Assembly: GCF_964213995.1 (NCBI RefSeq) | Contig: NC_135820.1 | Location: 62,682,001 to 62,746,000, forward strand | Direction of reading: 5' to 3' | Source of the DNA: Mustelus asterias | Lineage: Eukaryota | Length of the DNA: 64,000 bases | Shown here: piece by piece, positions 26,568-38,333 of the stretch | How positions within the stretch are numbered: position 1 is the stretch's first letter | How the letters are laid out: each line of letters begins with the position of its first letter | Translations under genes and position numbers: made by a program | Notes under the pieces: model-generated | Databases searched by the model: none | What the model saw: the letters and a program-made list of their open reading frames with translations, nothing else | Told to the model about the DNA's origin: nothing

Positions 26568-27685
26568 TAATTTATTTGTTCATGGGATGTGACCTTGGCT
26601 GGCTCACCCCGCATTTATTGCCCATCCGTAATTGCCCTTGAGACAGTGGTGGTGAGCCACTTTGTTGAACTGTTGCAGTCCATGGTGGTGTCGAAACACC
26701 CACAGTTCCATGATTTTGATCCAAGGAACAGCAATATATTTCTGAGCCGGAATGGGATGTGACTTGGGATGGGATGTACCCGTGCATCTGCTGCCCTGGT
26801 CCTTCTAGATTGGCAGATTGGTTTGGAAGGCGCTGTCCAAGGAGACTTGATTAACTTGCTGCGGTGCATCTTGTAGATGACACACACTGCTGCCACCATG
26901 CATCGATGGTAAAGCAAGTGAATGTTTAAGGTGGTGGATGGGCTGCCAATAAAACAGGCTGCTTTAGCCTGGATGGTGTTCAGCTTCTTGAGTGTTGCTG
27001 AAGCTACACCCATGCAGACAAATGGAGATCACACTCCTGACTTGTGCCTTGTAGATGGTCAACAGGCTTTGGGGAGTCAGGAGTGGAGTTACTCTCCATC
27101 ACATTTCCAGTCTCTAACCTGTCCTTGTAGCCACAGTATTTATATGGCTATTCCAGTTCAGTTTCAGATCATTGGTAACCCCCAGGATGTTGACAGGGAC
27201 GATTCAGTGATAGGAATGTCATTGAATGTCAAGGGGAGATGGTTAGATTCTCTCTTGTTGGAGATTATCATTGCCTGGCATTTGTGTGGTGCAAATGTTA
27301 CTTGCCACTTATCAGCCCAGGCCTCAATATTGTCCAGACCATGCTACAAGTAGACATAGACTGCTCCAGTATCTGAGGAATCACAAATGGTGCTGAACAG
27401 TGTGATCATCAATGAACATCCCCACCTCTGACCTTATGATGGAAGGAAGATTGTTGATGAAGCAGCTGAAGGTGGTTGGGCCTTGGACACTACCCTGAGG
27501 AACTCTTGCAGCAATGTCCCGGGACTGAATTGATTGACCTCCAACCACCACAGCCATCTTCCTCTGTGCTAGGAATGACTTCAACCAGTGACAAGCCATC
27601 CCCCTGATTCCACTGGAATCACTCCTTGATGCCGCACTCAGTCAACTGCTGCCTTGATGATAAGGGCAGTCACTCTCACCTCACA
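26568..27685 (-). mobile_element. Degraded CR1-group LINE, same family as 9195-10175
   Basis: WLKSFLAQRKMAVVVGGQ...VPQGSVQGPTTFSCFINNLPS...MFIDD. Confidence 0.8.
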
Positions 27686-27993
27686 TTTTCAGCAGGATTT
27701 TCCAGCCACACTCACTCCAAGACCGGAATATCCCGCCCAAGGTCAACAAACCTTTGCATGGTCCGTGAGCCGTCGGCTACGATTCCCATGGCAGGCAGCA
27801 CAGGAAAATTCTGCCCTTTGCGTTCAGCTCTTTTGCCCATGAGGTCAGGAGCTGAGTGGCCCTGGTGGAACTCAAACGAATCGTTGTTGTATAATGATTT
27901 TAACAAATCAGTTTATGTAATTCTAGATGTGTTTTTTAAAGCCTTGCGATCGTTCATTGACCAGGATTTCAATCGCTTCAGATCAAAAACTTA

Positions 27994-29599
27994 GGCCAGA
28001 ATTTTTGCTCTTCTGATGGGAAAATTTCCAACTCCACAAACCCAACTGGGGAGAAAATGTCCCAGATGTTCTCATTTTAATTCCAGGGTGGGTGGGTTTT
28101 AATGGGAGTCTGGTCTGCCGTCATGGAGGGAGTTAGGAGGTAGTTCCAGCTGTAGTTGAGTATGGAAGTAGGCTGTGTGAAAGGCCTGACTCATTGCTCC
28201 AAGATTTATAAGGAAAATAATAAAAACACAGTCCTCTAGCCCTCACCCCTCAGAACATTCCAACCTCCCACACACATTCCTCATGCCCCATCCATGCCAA
28301 TTCATTACACCTCATGTCTCTCCATCCATCCCCTTTATGGCCATTCGTACATGCATGCCAACCTATGGCCCTTCATAGCCCCTATGCCGATCTATGGCCC
28401 TCTACTTACCCCCGTGGCCCTTCCTGTCCACTATGTAATCATGTGCCACTCTCACAGCGCCTTAGGCCTTTATACCCGCTATGCTACTCAGTGCCGACTC
28501 ATGCCAATCCATCCTACCTGCATCAACCACCTTTTTGCCTTTACACCCTCCATATTAACTCATCCATTATCCACCATGGGTAGACCTCAGGGCCCATGCT
28601 GAGATTAAATAAAATAAAGTTGTGTCTATTGCAGAGTTTACTTTAAAAAACCCATCCAATACAATTAAATTTGCAATTAGTTCTATATTACAAAATGACT
28701 ACATTCTTCAACTACTTAATGCCATATAAAAGCAAACATTTCATTCAAGTACTTAATCCTTTATGAAAACACATTTGTTCCATTGGCCCAGATAAATACT
28801 TTGGCCGGAATTTTCCAGCTGTTCACGCCAGCGGAATCTTCTGGCCTTGCCCATGGCACATTCCTGCCATGGGTTTCCCAGCAGCGAGGGGTGCATTCAA
28901 TGGGAAATCCCACTGACAATAGTGGGACCAGAAGATCCTGCCACTGGCTAATGTTGGGCTACCTCCACCACGTGGAATGTTGTGTGGAAAGTCCTGTTTT
29001 TTATAACCATTTGGAGCTGAGACTCAAACTGTGAACTGACAGACACCCCACTGTAATAAAGATAGGTTGTAGAATCAGTCATACAGCACTGAGCCTCAGG
29101 CATATCAATAGATGGAGTGCAATTTCAAGAGCTGATTTTTTTTAACTGCAGAATGTTTAAAAGAATGAACAGGAGGTTTAAATGATTTAGAAGCTTAATA
29201 ATTCTATGGAGTCCATCCAATTTTTATGCACATTCCTGTCTACTCTTACCTCTCTCTAAGGGCACCTTACCCAAATGGATAACTGCACTTAATCAAAAGG
29301 GGATCCTGGACCCATCCAAAAGGGTACCCTATCTCAAAAAATAATTCTGGCATCTTTAGATCTTTTCCTCAAAGGTCTGGAGCCCACGAGTTGTGTTTTG
29401 GACATCTCATTCATAAGAATTGTATCTGTTTGCAGGCAGCTGCATCTTTCAATATGCAAACTACAACCTGCCCCTGCTTCTACCTGCCCCCGGTGAAAAT
29501 GGTGGGTGCCTGGTTTGAGAGTGGAACTTCCAGGATCAGGGCTCCAGTGCCATTTTCACGAAACCAAAGATCCTTTCCGCCTCTGAGAAAATTCAGACC
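27994..29599. mobile_element. Non-autonomous PIF/Harbinger element (~1.6 kb)
   Basis: TIRs GGCCAGAATTTT / AAAATTCAGACC with a perfect TTA target-site duplication. Internal CCATGCC-rich low-complexity tract; nested MITE at ~28803-28998. Confidence 0.7.
28803..28998 (+). mobile_element. Harbinger-type MITE
   Basis: Left TIR GGCCGGAATTTTCC; inverted homologue of 29611-29820. Confidence 0.7.
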
Positions 29600-29610
29600 T
29601 TATACTCATT

Positions 29611-29820
29611 GGGTGGGATTTACCGCACAACTCGCTGCGCACTTTACGGTGGCGGAAGGTAGCCCACCATCGGCCGGCGGTATGAGATGCATGGGTCCTG
29701 CCATTGCCAATGGGGTTTCCCATTGAGTGCACCCCTCGCTGCTGTGAAACCCATGGTGAGGGTGTCCCCTCGGCGAGACTCGAAGATCCCGCTGGCGTGA
29801 ATGGCCTGAAAGTCCCGGCC
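29611..29820 (-). mobile_element. Harbinger-type MITE
   Basis: TIRs GGGTGGGATTT / AAAGTCCCGGCC; TSD ATT. Confidence 0.75.
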
Positions 29821-30227
29821 ATTATGTACAAATAATTAGATGTGGTAGCCCGCAGGTACACTGCTGTAACAGCCTCTCGTTGTGGTGAAACCTCAGAAAG
29901 AATTTGACTGCTAATTAAACGATTACTGATTTGGTCTTACCTCAGTGCAAACGCAAATTGGGTTCCTTATTAAAAATTAACTGCTGATGGATGCTTGTGC
30001 CATTCCTGGCACATTTCTGTTCGATAAGATACTTCGGGAACACAGCATACCAGAAAACAGCTGTCAGCCTTCAGTTCTGGAGCAAAGCAGATTATTAACA
30101 GCTTGTTTTTTTGACCCTTCACCAATTGGCCATGTTTGCAGTTGTTGACTTTACATCAAACTGCGGCTACTCCAACTCGGGTGACCAAACATTGGAAGGG
30201 TGCTGATTTTTGCCGAATATTTGTGGA

Positions 30228-30427
30228 NNNNNNNNNNNNNNNNNNNNNNNNNNNNNNNNNNNNNNNNNNNNNNNNNNNNNNNNNNNNNNNNNNNNNNNNN
30301 NNNNNNNNNNNNNNNNNNNNNNNNNNNNNNNNNNNNNNNNNNNNNNNNNNNNNNNNNNNNNNNNNNNNNNNNNNNNNNNNNNNNNNNNNNNNNNNNNNNN
30401 NNNNNNNNNNNNNNNNNNNNNNNNNNN
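30228..30427. other. Assembly gap (200 N)
   Basis: Run of N. Confidence 1.
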
Positions 30428-31317
30428 GGTGCAGATTCGATGGGTCAAATGGCCTCTTCTGCACTGCAGGGATCTATGAGTTGGCCTTATATGTCCTTAA
30501 AACAAAATCTGCTAACCAATGTGCCGAGCTGAAATTCGTGGGATAAAAATCTCAGTGCAGTTTGTGACTTCCTCACAGAAGTAAGACTTAATACCCCTGA
30601 ATAGTCCCATCTGGAAAAGCAGGACAGGGAGAAAATACTGACCTGGAAGTTTAATCAGAATCGGGTCAGATTCTGTCAGTGAGAATCAGCAGCTACTTTC
30701 AAACCCAGCCTGCTGTGGTTCAACTCCAAATCACTGCCACCTGGGCCACCTCATTTATTTTCAACAAAAAGCCACTTCAGAAATGTTTCTCCAGAATTAC
30801 CTCTGCAGCAGACCTCAGTTTCATCCTCACAGACTGAACAGATACTCACTTTTATATTAAAGTGAATCATGTGTGGCCGGCTTGGTTATTAGATGTTCAC
30901 TTTCTCCAAACTCTTAATCATCATGAGATTGACTTCCAGTGGTACTGGATATTCATTCTGCGAACGATATGGTTTTCTTTTGTCGGTTTTTCGGCAGCCT
31001 AGTTGATAGAATCTCCCATCTCGAAGAAATAAAATGATCATTCAGTTCATCCGCCACTGAAGTCAACGTCCTTCCTCACAGCTGAGCCCCACAGCAACAT
31101 TACTGCTGAAGGTCACAGAGGAGCTCGTTGCCTTCACTTCTCATCACGATTATAAACAAGGGATTACAACAGGGGAGAAATAAAGGAGTAGTAATATCAT
31201 TGAATGGATTTCTTTATGGCCTCATGACCTAAGCGACATTTTTTTGAAGGGTCAGCAATTTAATGACTGTCTGTCAATCAGCAGAAGTCTATATTTTCAC
31301 CTCTTAGCAATTTCTAC

Positions 31318-31672
31318 TTTTTTTTCTATTCATTTAGGGGATGTGGGCATCACTAGCTGGGCCAGCGTTTATTGCCCATCCCTAATTGCCCTTGCACTGA
31401 TGACTTGCCAAGCCATTTTGGAGGGCATTTAAGAGTCAACCACATTGTTGTGGGTCTGGAGTCACATGTCAGCCAGTCCAGGTGAGAATTCCTTCCCTAA
31501 AGGACATTAGGGAACCAGATGGGTTTATACAACGATCAACAATGGTTTCACGGTCCATATTTTTATTGCATTCAAATTTCACCATCTATCATGGTGGGAT
31601 TCATCGCCAGAACATTATCCTGGGTCTCTGGGTTACTACTCCAGTGGCAATGCCACTCTGCCACCGCCTCCC
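31318..31672 (-). mobile_element. tRNA-derived SINE (third family) sharing its 3' tail with the 9195/26568 LINE
   Basis: Head GGGAGGCGGTGGCAGAGTGG; tail AAGGGCAATTAGGGATGGGCAATAAA...CCCACATCCC. Other pieces at 11208-11370 and 46355-46561. Confidence 0.75.
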
Positions 31673-32692
31673 TTAACTGTTAATGTGGCACCGTTCGAAG
31701 CACTCTCTACCCATGAGTCACAAGGTTAGGGGTTCCACATCCCTACAGTGCTTTGGCACACAAGCCAAGACTGACATTCCAGTGCAGTATGACTGCTGCA
31801 CAGTCAGAGGTGCTGACCTTTCAGTGAAATGTCAAACCATGGTCCCATTTGCTGGCTTAGGTGGGTGCAAAACATCCCATGGTACTATTTCACGTAAAAA
31901 TGGGAGAGTTACCTATGATGTCCTGGCCAAATTTCACTCCTCAATCAGCATTACAAAAACAGATGGGCCTGATTTTACCAAACGGGCGTGAAATCACGGT
32001 AAAGTTGGGCATCGGGCCTTTAACGCGATCTGCACCTGAATCCAAGCAGATCGCGGCTTTACCGACACCCGATTCGGGCGCGGGTCCGGCGCGCGCCCGA
32101 ATCAGGCGGCCCGACGATTTAAATGCATTTGCATGCATTTAAATCGACTTAATGAACCACGCGCCCAACTCTACCGCCAATCCCACTTTACCGTCTTCTG
32201 GCCCAATCCGCGTCCGCGCTGTCACCGACCTGCAAAATAAAATTCTGAAGTCGCCGCCGAAGCATTCGAAGAGCGGGGTCAGAGACCTGCAACGGCTCTC
32301 TGACCCAGGTCATCCTCTGGTCGGGGGGAGGGGGATGGAAGAAGGAGAAGGGGTGTGACGTCTCATCCCCTGGGGGGGGGGGGGGGGGGGGGGGGAAGGG
32401 GGGGGGGAAGGAGGAGGGGGGTGACCGATCATCCCCTGGGGGGGGGGGGGGGAGGGGGGGAAGAGGGGGTGTGACCGATCATCCTCGGGGAGGGGGGGGG
32501 TGGGCGGGGAGGGTGGTGGGAGGGGGGGGGGTGACCGATCATCCCCTGGGGGGGGTGGGGAGGGGGGGCGTTGGGAGGAGAGGGGGTGTGACATCTGATC
32601 CTCTGGTCGGGGGGGTTCTGCTGCCTGTCTGCGGCCGATCCCTCCTCCCCACCGGATGAACGAATCCCTCCTGCCGGAGTGGACGTGCGGCC

Positions 32693-32792
32693 ATGCCATC
32701 CCACAAAACCTTCAGGATGAAGTGATTCCTTACTAAGAAGATGAAGCAGAACCGGCCGAGTCCACAGTGGATCCGCATGAAAACCGGCTACA
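32693..32792 (+). pseudogene. RPL39: Inverted partial duplicate of the RPL39 retrocopy (codons 1-33, premature TGA at codon 11)
   Basis: ATGCCATCCCACAAAACCTTCAGGATGAAGTGATTC...ATGAAAACCGGCTACA is a near-exact reverse complement of 32925-33024, with CGA>TGA. Confidence 0.92.
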
Positions 32793-32869
32793 GGCATCTC
32801 TCCCGCTCTCTTGCCCCTGCAGGGAAGAGTAATCTGTGGCTGGTAGTGTACCAGTGATGGTGTATCGCT

Positions 32870-33024
32870 TTACAGGCCCAGCTTGGTCCTTCTCCAGTGT
32901 CTCCTCTTGAACTTGTACTGATCTTGTAGCCGGTTTTCATGCGGATCCACTGTGGAATCGGCCGGTTCTGCTTCATCTTCTTAGTGAGGAATCGCTTCAT
33001 CCTGAAGGTTTTGTGGGATGGCAT
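32870..33024 (-). pseudogene. RPL39: Processed pseudogene of 60S ribosomal protein L39 (full-length CDS, 1-nt deletion)
   Basis: Translates [35 protein letters not shown], then after a 1-nt frameshift [15 protein letters not shown]. This matches the conserved RPL39 ([51 protein letters not shown]). 155 nt vs 156 expected; no introns. Confidence 0.95.
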
Positions 33025-33116
33025 TGCCGCACGTCCACTCCGGCAGGAGGGATCGGCCGCAGCCAGGCAGCAGAACCCCCCCCCGACCAGAGGATGAGAC
33101 GTCACACCCCCTCTCC

Positions 33117-33148
<32 letters not shown>

Positions 33149-33869
33149 CCAGGGATGATCGGTCACACCCCCTCCCCTCCCACCCACCCAGAGGATGAGA
33201 CGTCACACCCCTTCCCCTCCCACCACCCCCCCCCGACCAGAGGATGATCTAGGTCCCGCCCCCCTCCTCCTCCCCCCCCCCCCCCCACCCCTTCCCCCCG
33301 ACCAGAGGATGACCGTCAGAGAGCTGCTCTCCCCGCTTTCTGCTTTTTCTTTCTCTCGCACCTGTCAGATTTTTTTCAAACGGCGCATGCGCAGTTCAGA
33401 GCTCCAATCGGTCCACCAGCGCTAAGCCCCGCCCATAGTGCAGATCGGGCCGGAGCCGGCAAAATGCATATGGGCGCGCTGGGAAGAGGATTCCAGGCGC
33501 GGATCTATTTGATGCCCGGATTCGGCACTTAGACTCAAAATGGTAAATTCCCCCCATTATCTGGTCATTATCACATTGCTGCTTGTCAGAAGTTGCAGTG
33601 TACAAATTGGTTGCCCTGTTACATAAATTACAACAGTGTCTATACCTCAAAAAGGAAGTACTTCATTGGCTGTAAAGTGCTTTGAGACATCCTGGTCATG
33701 AATAAAGCTATATAATTGCAAGTCTTTCTCCCCTCCAGCCCCAACCTCTTGACCTACTTTAAACTAAAACTTTAAAGCCTTCAATGTCTGACCTCATGTG
33801 TGTGCCTGGGCTGTGAGTATTAGCAGATTATCCAACCTTCTGGAGAATGGAAATAAGTCAGAGGAAAGT

Positions 33870-36450
33870 AGGATCATTGGTCTTAGAATCAGGAGTAGGT
33901 CTTTCAGCCTTCAAGCTTGCCCTGCCTTTCAATAGGATCAAGACTAATCTGGTTGTGGTCTCAATTCCACTTTCCTGTCCACCCTGTTTAATCCTTGATT
34001 CCCTTGTCTACCAAAAATCTATCTAGTTCAGCCTTGAATAAATACAAAAGGCCGAGCTTCCACTATTTTCTGGGCAAGAGAATTCCACAAACCCTTTGAG
34101 AGAAAAAAATTCCTCATCTTCATCTTAAAATGAAGACCACTTATTCTTAAACTGTGTCACCCAGATCTAGCCTTCCCCACAAGAGGAAATATCATCCCAG
34201 TATCCACCTCGCAGGTCCCCTCAGGATCTTACGTTTCAATAAATCACCTAATTCTTCTAAACTCCAACGGGTATTGGCCCAACCTGTTCAACCTTACTTA
34301 AGCCCTTCATCTCAAGAATGAGTCAAGTGAACCTTCTCTGACCTGCTTCGAATGCATTTATATCATTTTTCAAGTAAGGAGACCAACACTGCACACAGTA
34401 CTCCAAAAGCCGTGTCACAAACACCCTGTCCAGCTGCAGTAAAGCTCCCATTCCCCTTGCAATAAACATCAACATTCTGTGTGCCTTTCTAATCACTTGC
34501 TCTATCAATTTCCTAATATTTAGTGATTCATGTACCAGTCAGATCCCTGTATACCAGAGCGTTCTTCAACCTCTTTCCAATTAAACAGTATACCTCTTTT
34601 TGAATCTTCCTGTCAAAGTGGACAAGTTCACATTTTCCAACACTGTATTCCGTCTGCCAAATGTTTGCCCAGTCACTTACACTATTTATATCCCTTTGCA
34701 GATTCCCTACATTCTCTTGATAGCTTACTTCCCTACTTACTTCATTGTCATCTACAAATTTAGCTACCATTACCATTTGGTCCCTGCACCAAATCATTGA
34801 TACAGATTGTAAGGTAGCACTGATCACTGAGACACAGCACTGGTTACAGCTTCCCAAACTGGAAAAAAACAATTTATCTCTACTTTCTGTTTGCTGTTAG
34901 CTAACCAATCCTTTATCCATACTGATACCTTACTCCCTTTACCATGAGTTCTCACTTTGTGTAGTAAGCTTTGATGTGGCACGTTATCAAATGCCTTTTG
35001 GAAATCCAAGTACCCTACTTGCAGGTCCCCCTTTATCCACCTTTCTTGTCACTTGCTCAAATAAGTCGAATAAATTAGTTAAATACAATTTCCCTTTCAC
35101 AAAACCATGCTGAGTCTGCATGATCTCATTATGCGGTTCTAAGTATCCTGCTGTAACCGCCTTAATAATGGATCCCAGCAATTTTCCTATGACAGATGTT
35201 AGGCTAGCTGCCGATAGTTTCCTGTCTCCTTTCTTTCCTGAATAAAGGTTGTACATTTTCTATTTTCCAATATGCTGGGACCCTTCCAGGATCTAAGGAA
35301 TTTTGGAAGATGATAACCAAAGTATTTATGACCTCAGCAGACACTTAGACCCTAGGATGCAGGCCATCTGGCCCTGGGGACTTGTCAGCCATTAGATCCA
35401 ATAGTTTGCCCAGTACCTTTCGCCTGGTGACGGTAATTGTTCAAAGTTCCTCCTTCCCTTTCACTTCTTAATTTTCAGTTATTTTTGGGAAATTTTCTAA
35501 GTCCTCTTTGGTTAAGTCAACCTCAAAATATCTGATCAACGCCTCCATTTTTTCCTTGTTTTCAACTGTCAATTCCTCAGACTCTCCAAAGGATCAAGTT
35601 ATTATTCTCCTGTTACAATACGTCTAAAAACTGTCACTGTCTGTTTTTATATTACTAGCTAGCTTTCTCTCTTACTCTATTTTCTCCCCCTTTTTTTTGT
35701 TATTCTTTGCTGGTTCTTAAAATGTGTCCAATCTTTGAATTTATCACTAATCTTCACAGATTGGGACAGTGTTTATTTCAATTTGATACAGACACTGACT
35801 TCCTCTTTTAGCCATGGATGATGCAGCCTTCTCAAAGAGCCTTAACCTTCTCACTGGGAGAAATCTTTGTTAAGAGCTATTAAATATCATCTTAAAGGTT
35901 TGCCATTACATCTCTACTTTCCCACCCTTTAACCTAGTTTCCCAGTTTAACTTAGCCAGCTCTGTCTTCATACTCTTATAGTTACCATTATTTAGGTTTA
36001 AGCACTAGTCTTGAACCCCTACTTCATCCCTTCAAACTGAGCATGAAATTCGATCATGTAATGGTCGCTACTCCTTCACCATTCCTTTACCATGACGTTA
36101 TTGATTAGTCCTGTCTCATTGCACATTACCAGATCTAGAGCAGCCTGGTGGACTTTAGAATGTAATACTCTCATAAATTGTCATGGATACACCCTACAAA
36201 CTTCTTTTCCAGGCTGTCTTTGCCAATCGGATTCACCTAATCAACATGTAGATTAAAGTCATCCATAATTATTGCAATGCCTTTCTTACGCCTCTTAGGA
36301 AATCCATACTTCTCCCACAAATGAACTCTTACCTTTCCTACTTTTTATCTCCACCAAAACTGATTCTTGACCCTTTGAGCGAGGGTAATCTCTCACTACT
36401 GCACTAACGACATCCTTAATTAACAGAGACACCTACCATCTTTTCACAGC
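33870..36450 (-). mobile_element. Old degraded CR1 LINE (endonuclease + RT + 3' UTR)
   Basis: Fragmented ORFs with SLTSVIGKLL, QHGFVKGK, DFQKAFD, KFVDD, LLEYCVQ motifs. Confidence 0.85.
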
Positions 36451-36566
36451 TTCCTATCTTTTTTGTCTGTGTGCTTCAACTGACATGTCCACCTGAAATG
36501 TAGGATTAGTGAACGCTCCACCGTAACCACTGTTTCTTCAGAAGGAACTCTTCAAAATGCAGCTAA

Positions 36567-36779
36567 TGAAAATACAACAAAACTTGCTCTAACTTATAAA
36601 TCAAAGAAAGGGTTTAATAAAGAAACATCATTACTCCAAATTTGGGGCCTCGCCCTGGGCCACACCAAACTCTCCACAATTCCACATCGTTCCTTATTTA
36701 TAGTGAATCAGCTGATCAGCTGACTATGACATCACTCTGTAATTGGTTCCATGGTTTACTGGGTCAGCTGACCCTTACA
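36567..36779 (-). mobile_element. Possible short solo LTR
   Basis: TG...CA ends with CCAAT, TATAAATA and ATTAAA in LTR order on the - strand; no clean TSD. Confidence 0.4.
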
Positions 36780-36870
36780 GCTTTTTCCCATTGGTCACAA
36801 TACATCCAATGCTTCAGGTACAAAGTCAGAATCTGGAGTTGAGTAGTCCTGACACTCCTCAAGATATATA

Positions 36871-37430
36871 GGAGCTTTATAGGACCCTGGTTAGACCCCA
36901 CTTGGAGTACTGCGCGCAGTTCTGGTCACCTCATTACAGGAAAGATGTTGAAGCCATTGAAAGGGTGCAGAGGAGATTTACAAGGATGTTGCCTGGATTG
37001 GGGGGCATGCCTTATGAGGATAGGTTGAGGGAGCTTGGTCTCTTCTCCCTGGAGAGACGAAGGATGAGAGGTGACCTGATAGAGGTTTACAAGATGTTGA
37101 GAGGTCTGGATAGGGTAGACTCTCAGAGGCTATTTCCAAGGGCTGAAATGGTTGCTACGAGAGGACACAGGTTTAAGGTGCTGGGGGGTAGGTACAGAGG
37201 AGATGTCAGGGGTAAGTTTTTCACTCAGAGGGTGGTGGGTGAGTGGAATCGGCTGACGTCGGTGGTGGTGGAGGCAAACTCGTTGGGGTCTTTTAAGAGA
37301 CTTCTGGATGAGTACATGGGATTTAATGGGATTGAGGGCTATAGATAGGCCTAGAGGTGGGGATGTGATCGGCGCAACTTGTGGGCCGAAGGGCCTGTTT
37401 GTGCTGTGGCTTTCTATGTTCTATGTTCTA
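36871..37430 (+). mobile_element. CR1 LINE 3' fragment
   Basis: LYRTLVRPHLEYC...RRMRGDLIEV...TRGHRFK; (CTATGTT)n tail; TATA on both flanks. Confidence 0.93.
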
Positions 37431-38091
37431 TATACAAGAAAGACTCGCTGATAGGGCAGGCAATCATTATCTCAATCAGGGAGCTCATACTGCAAGAGGC
37501 CAACCTCATGGGCCTCATTGAGGTCATTACACGAGCCAATTGACACCATTATCCCTCAGCGCACCCCAGTTCAGTAGTGGCTCAGGGATTAAATGCACAG
37601 CTTTCCACATCTCCTAAAGGATACCGTTGCAAACCTTGTCAGGTTTGCTGTTGCCTTTCCAGAGAAGGGTCCCCTCACTGTCAGATATTCTGTGTCCGAT
37701 TGAGGAACCCAGAATCAGAAAGGGGGCTGGTGAAAGTTATGCTCCTTCCCTTGTCTCCAACCATCTCCCACAAGCCCAACCCCATGATCCCCATCCTACC
37801 TTCACTCACCTTTGACCTGGGCTCCCTCGGCGATCTTTGGGGGTGCATTGCTGGCACCAGTCACCACTCCCAGAGGCACTGACAGCAATGAGGAGATGCC
37901 GGCCTCTGATTGGGTGGGATTCCCATCACTTCTGTGCATCCTGGATCCCAGGCAGGACTCGATGATGGCAAATTAAATGCCTGAATTCACTGTAAAACAT
38001 TTTGGGATGTCCTGAGGCTGTGAAAAACAATGCTTAGACCTTCTTTCAAACAAATATTTTCTTCAAGCAAATGAGGTCAGCGCATATTCAT

Positions 38092-38333
38092 GAAATCATA
38101 GGAACCCAAGAGTATAGAAGCAGACCATTCGGCTCATCAAGTCTACACCGACTCTCCAAAGGAACATCCCTATCCACATAACCACACGTATTTACCCCAC
38201 TAAATCCCCCTTAACCTACACATCTTGGGACACAAAGAGGCAATTCAGCATGGCCAAACCACCTAACCTGCGCATTTTTGAACTGTGGGAGGAAACCGGA
38301 GCACCCGGAGAAAACCCATGCAGAAACAGGGAG
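38092..38333 (-). mobile_element. Older HE1-type V-SINE, 3' part
   Basis: V-domain and diverged tail. Confidence 0.7.

Larger units (their letters stand above)
31965..33555. mobile_element. Non-autonomous TIR DNA transposon (PIF/Harbinger-like) with central fold-back carrying RPL39
   Basis: Imperfect TIRs GGGCCTGATTTTACCA / TGGTAAATTCCCCCC. Cleanly splits a DeuSINE (acagat|attatctgg). Subterminal regions are homologous to 47990-48839. Confidence 0.8.
31678..33728 (+). mobile_element. DeuSINE (SacSINE1-like) split by the TIR element (31678-31964 + 33556-33728)
   Basis: GCTGCACAGTCAGAGGTGC core, ATTATCTGGTCATTATCACATTGCTG, GTACTTCATTGGCTGTAAAG...GCTATATAATTGCAAGTCTTT tail. Confidence 0.75.

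Noticed and set aside
30136-30546. ORFs spanning N runs (also 45376-45814)
   Set aside because: Artefacts of assembly gaps.
32310-33312. Repeat-spacer-like array (CRISPR-like)
   Set aside because: Spacers are poly-G/C homopolymers in a vertebrate transposon; no cas genes.
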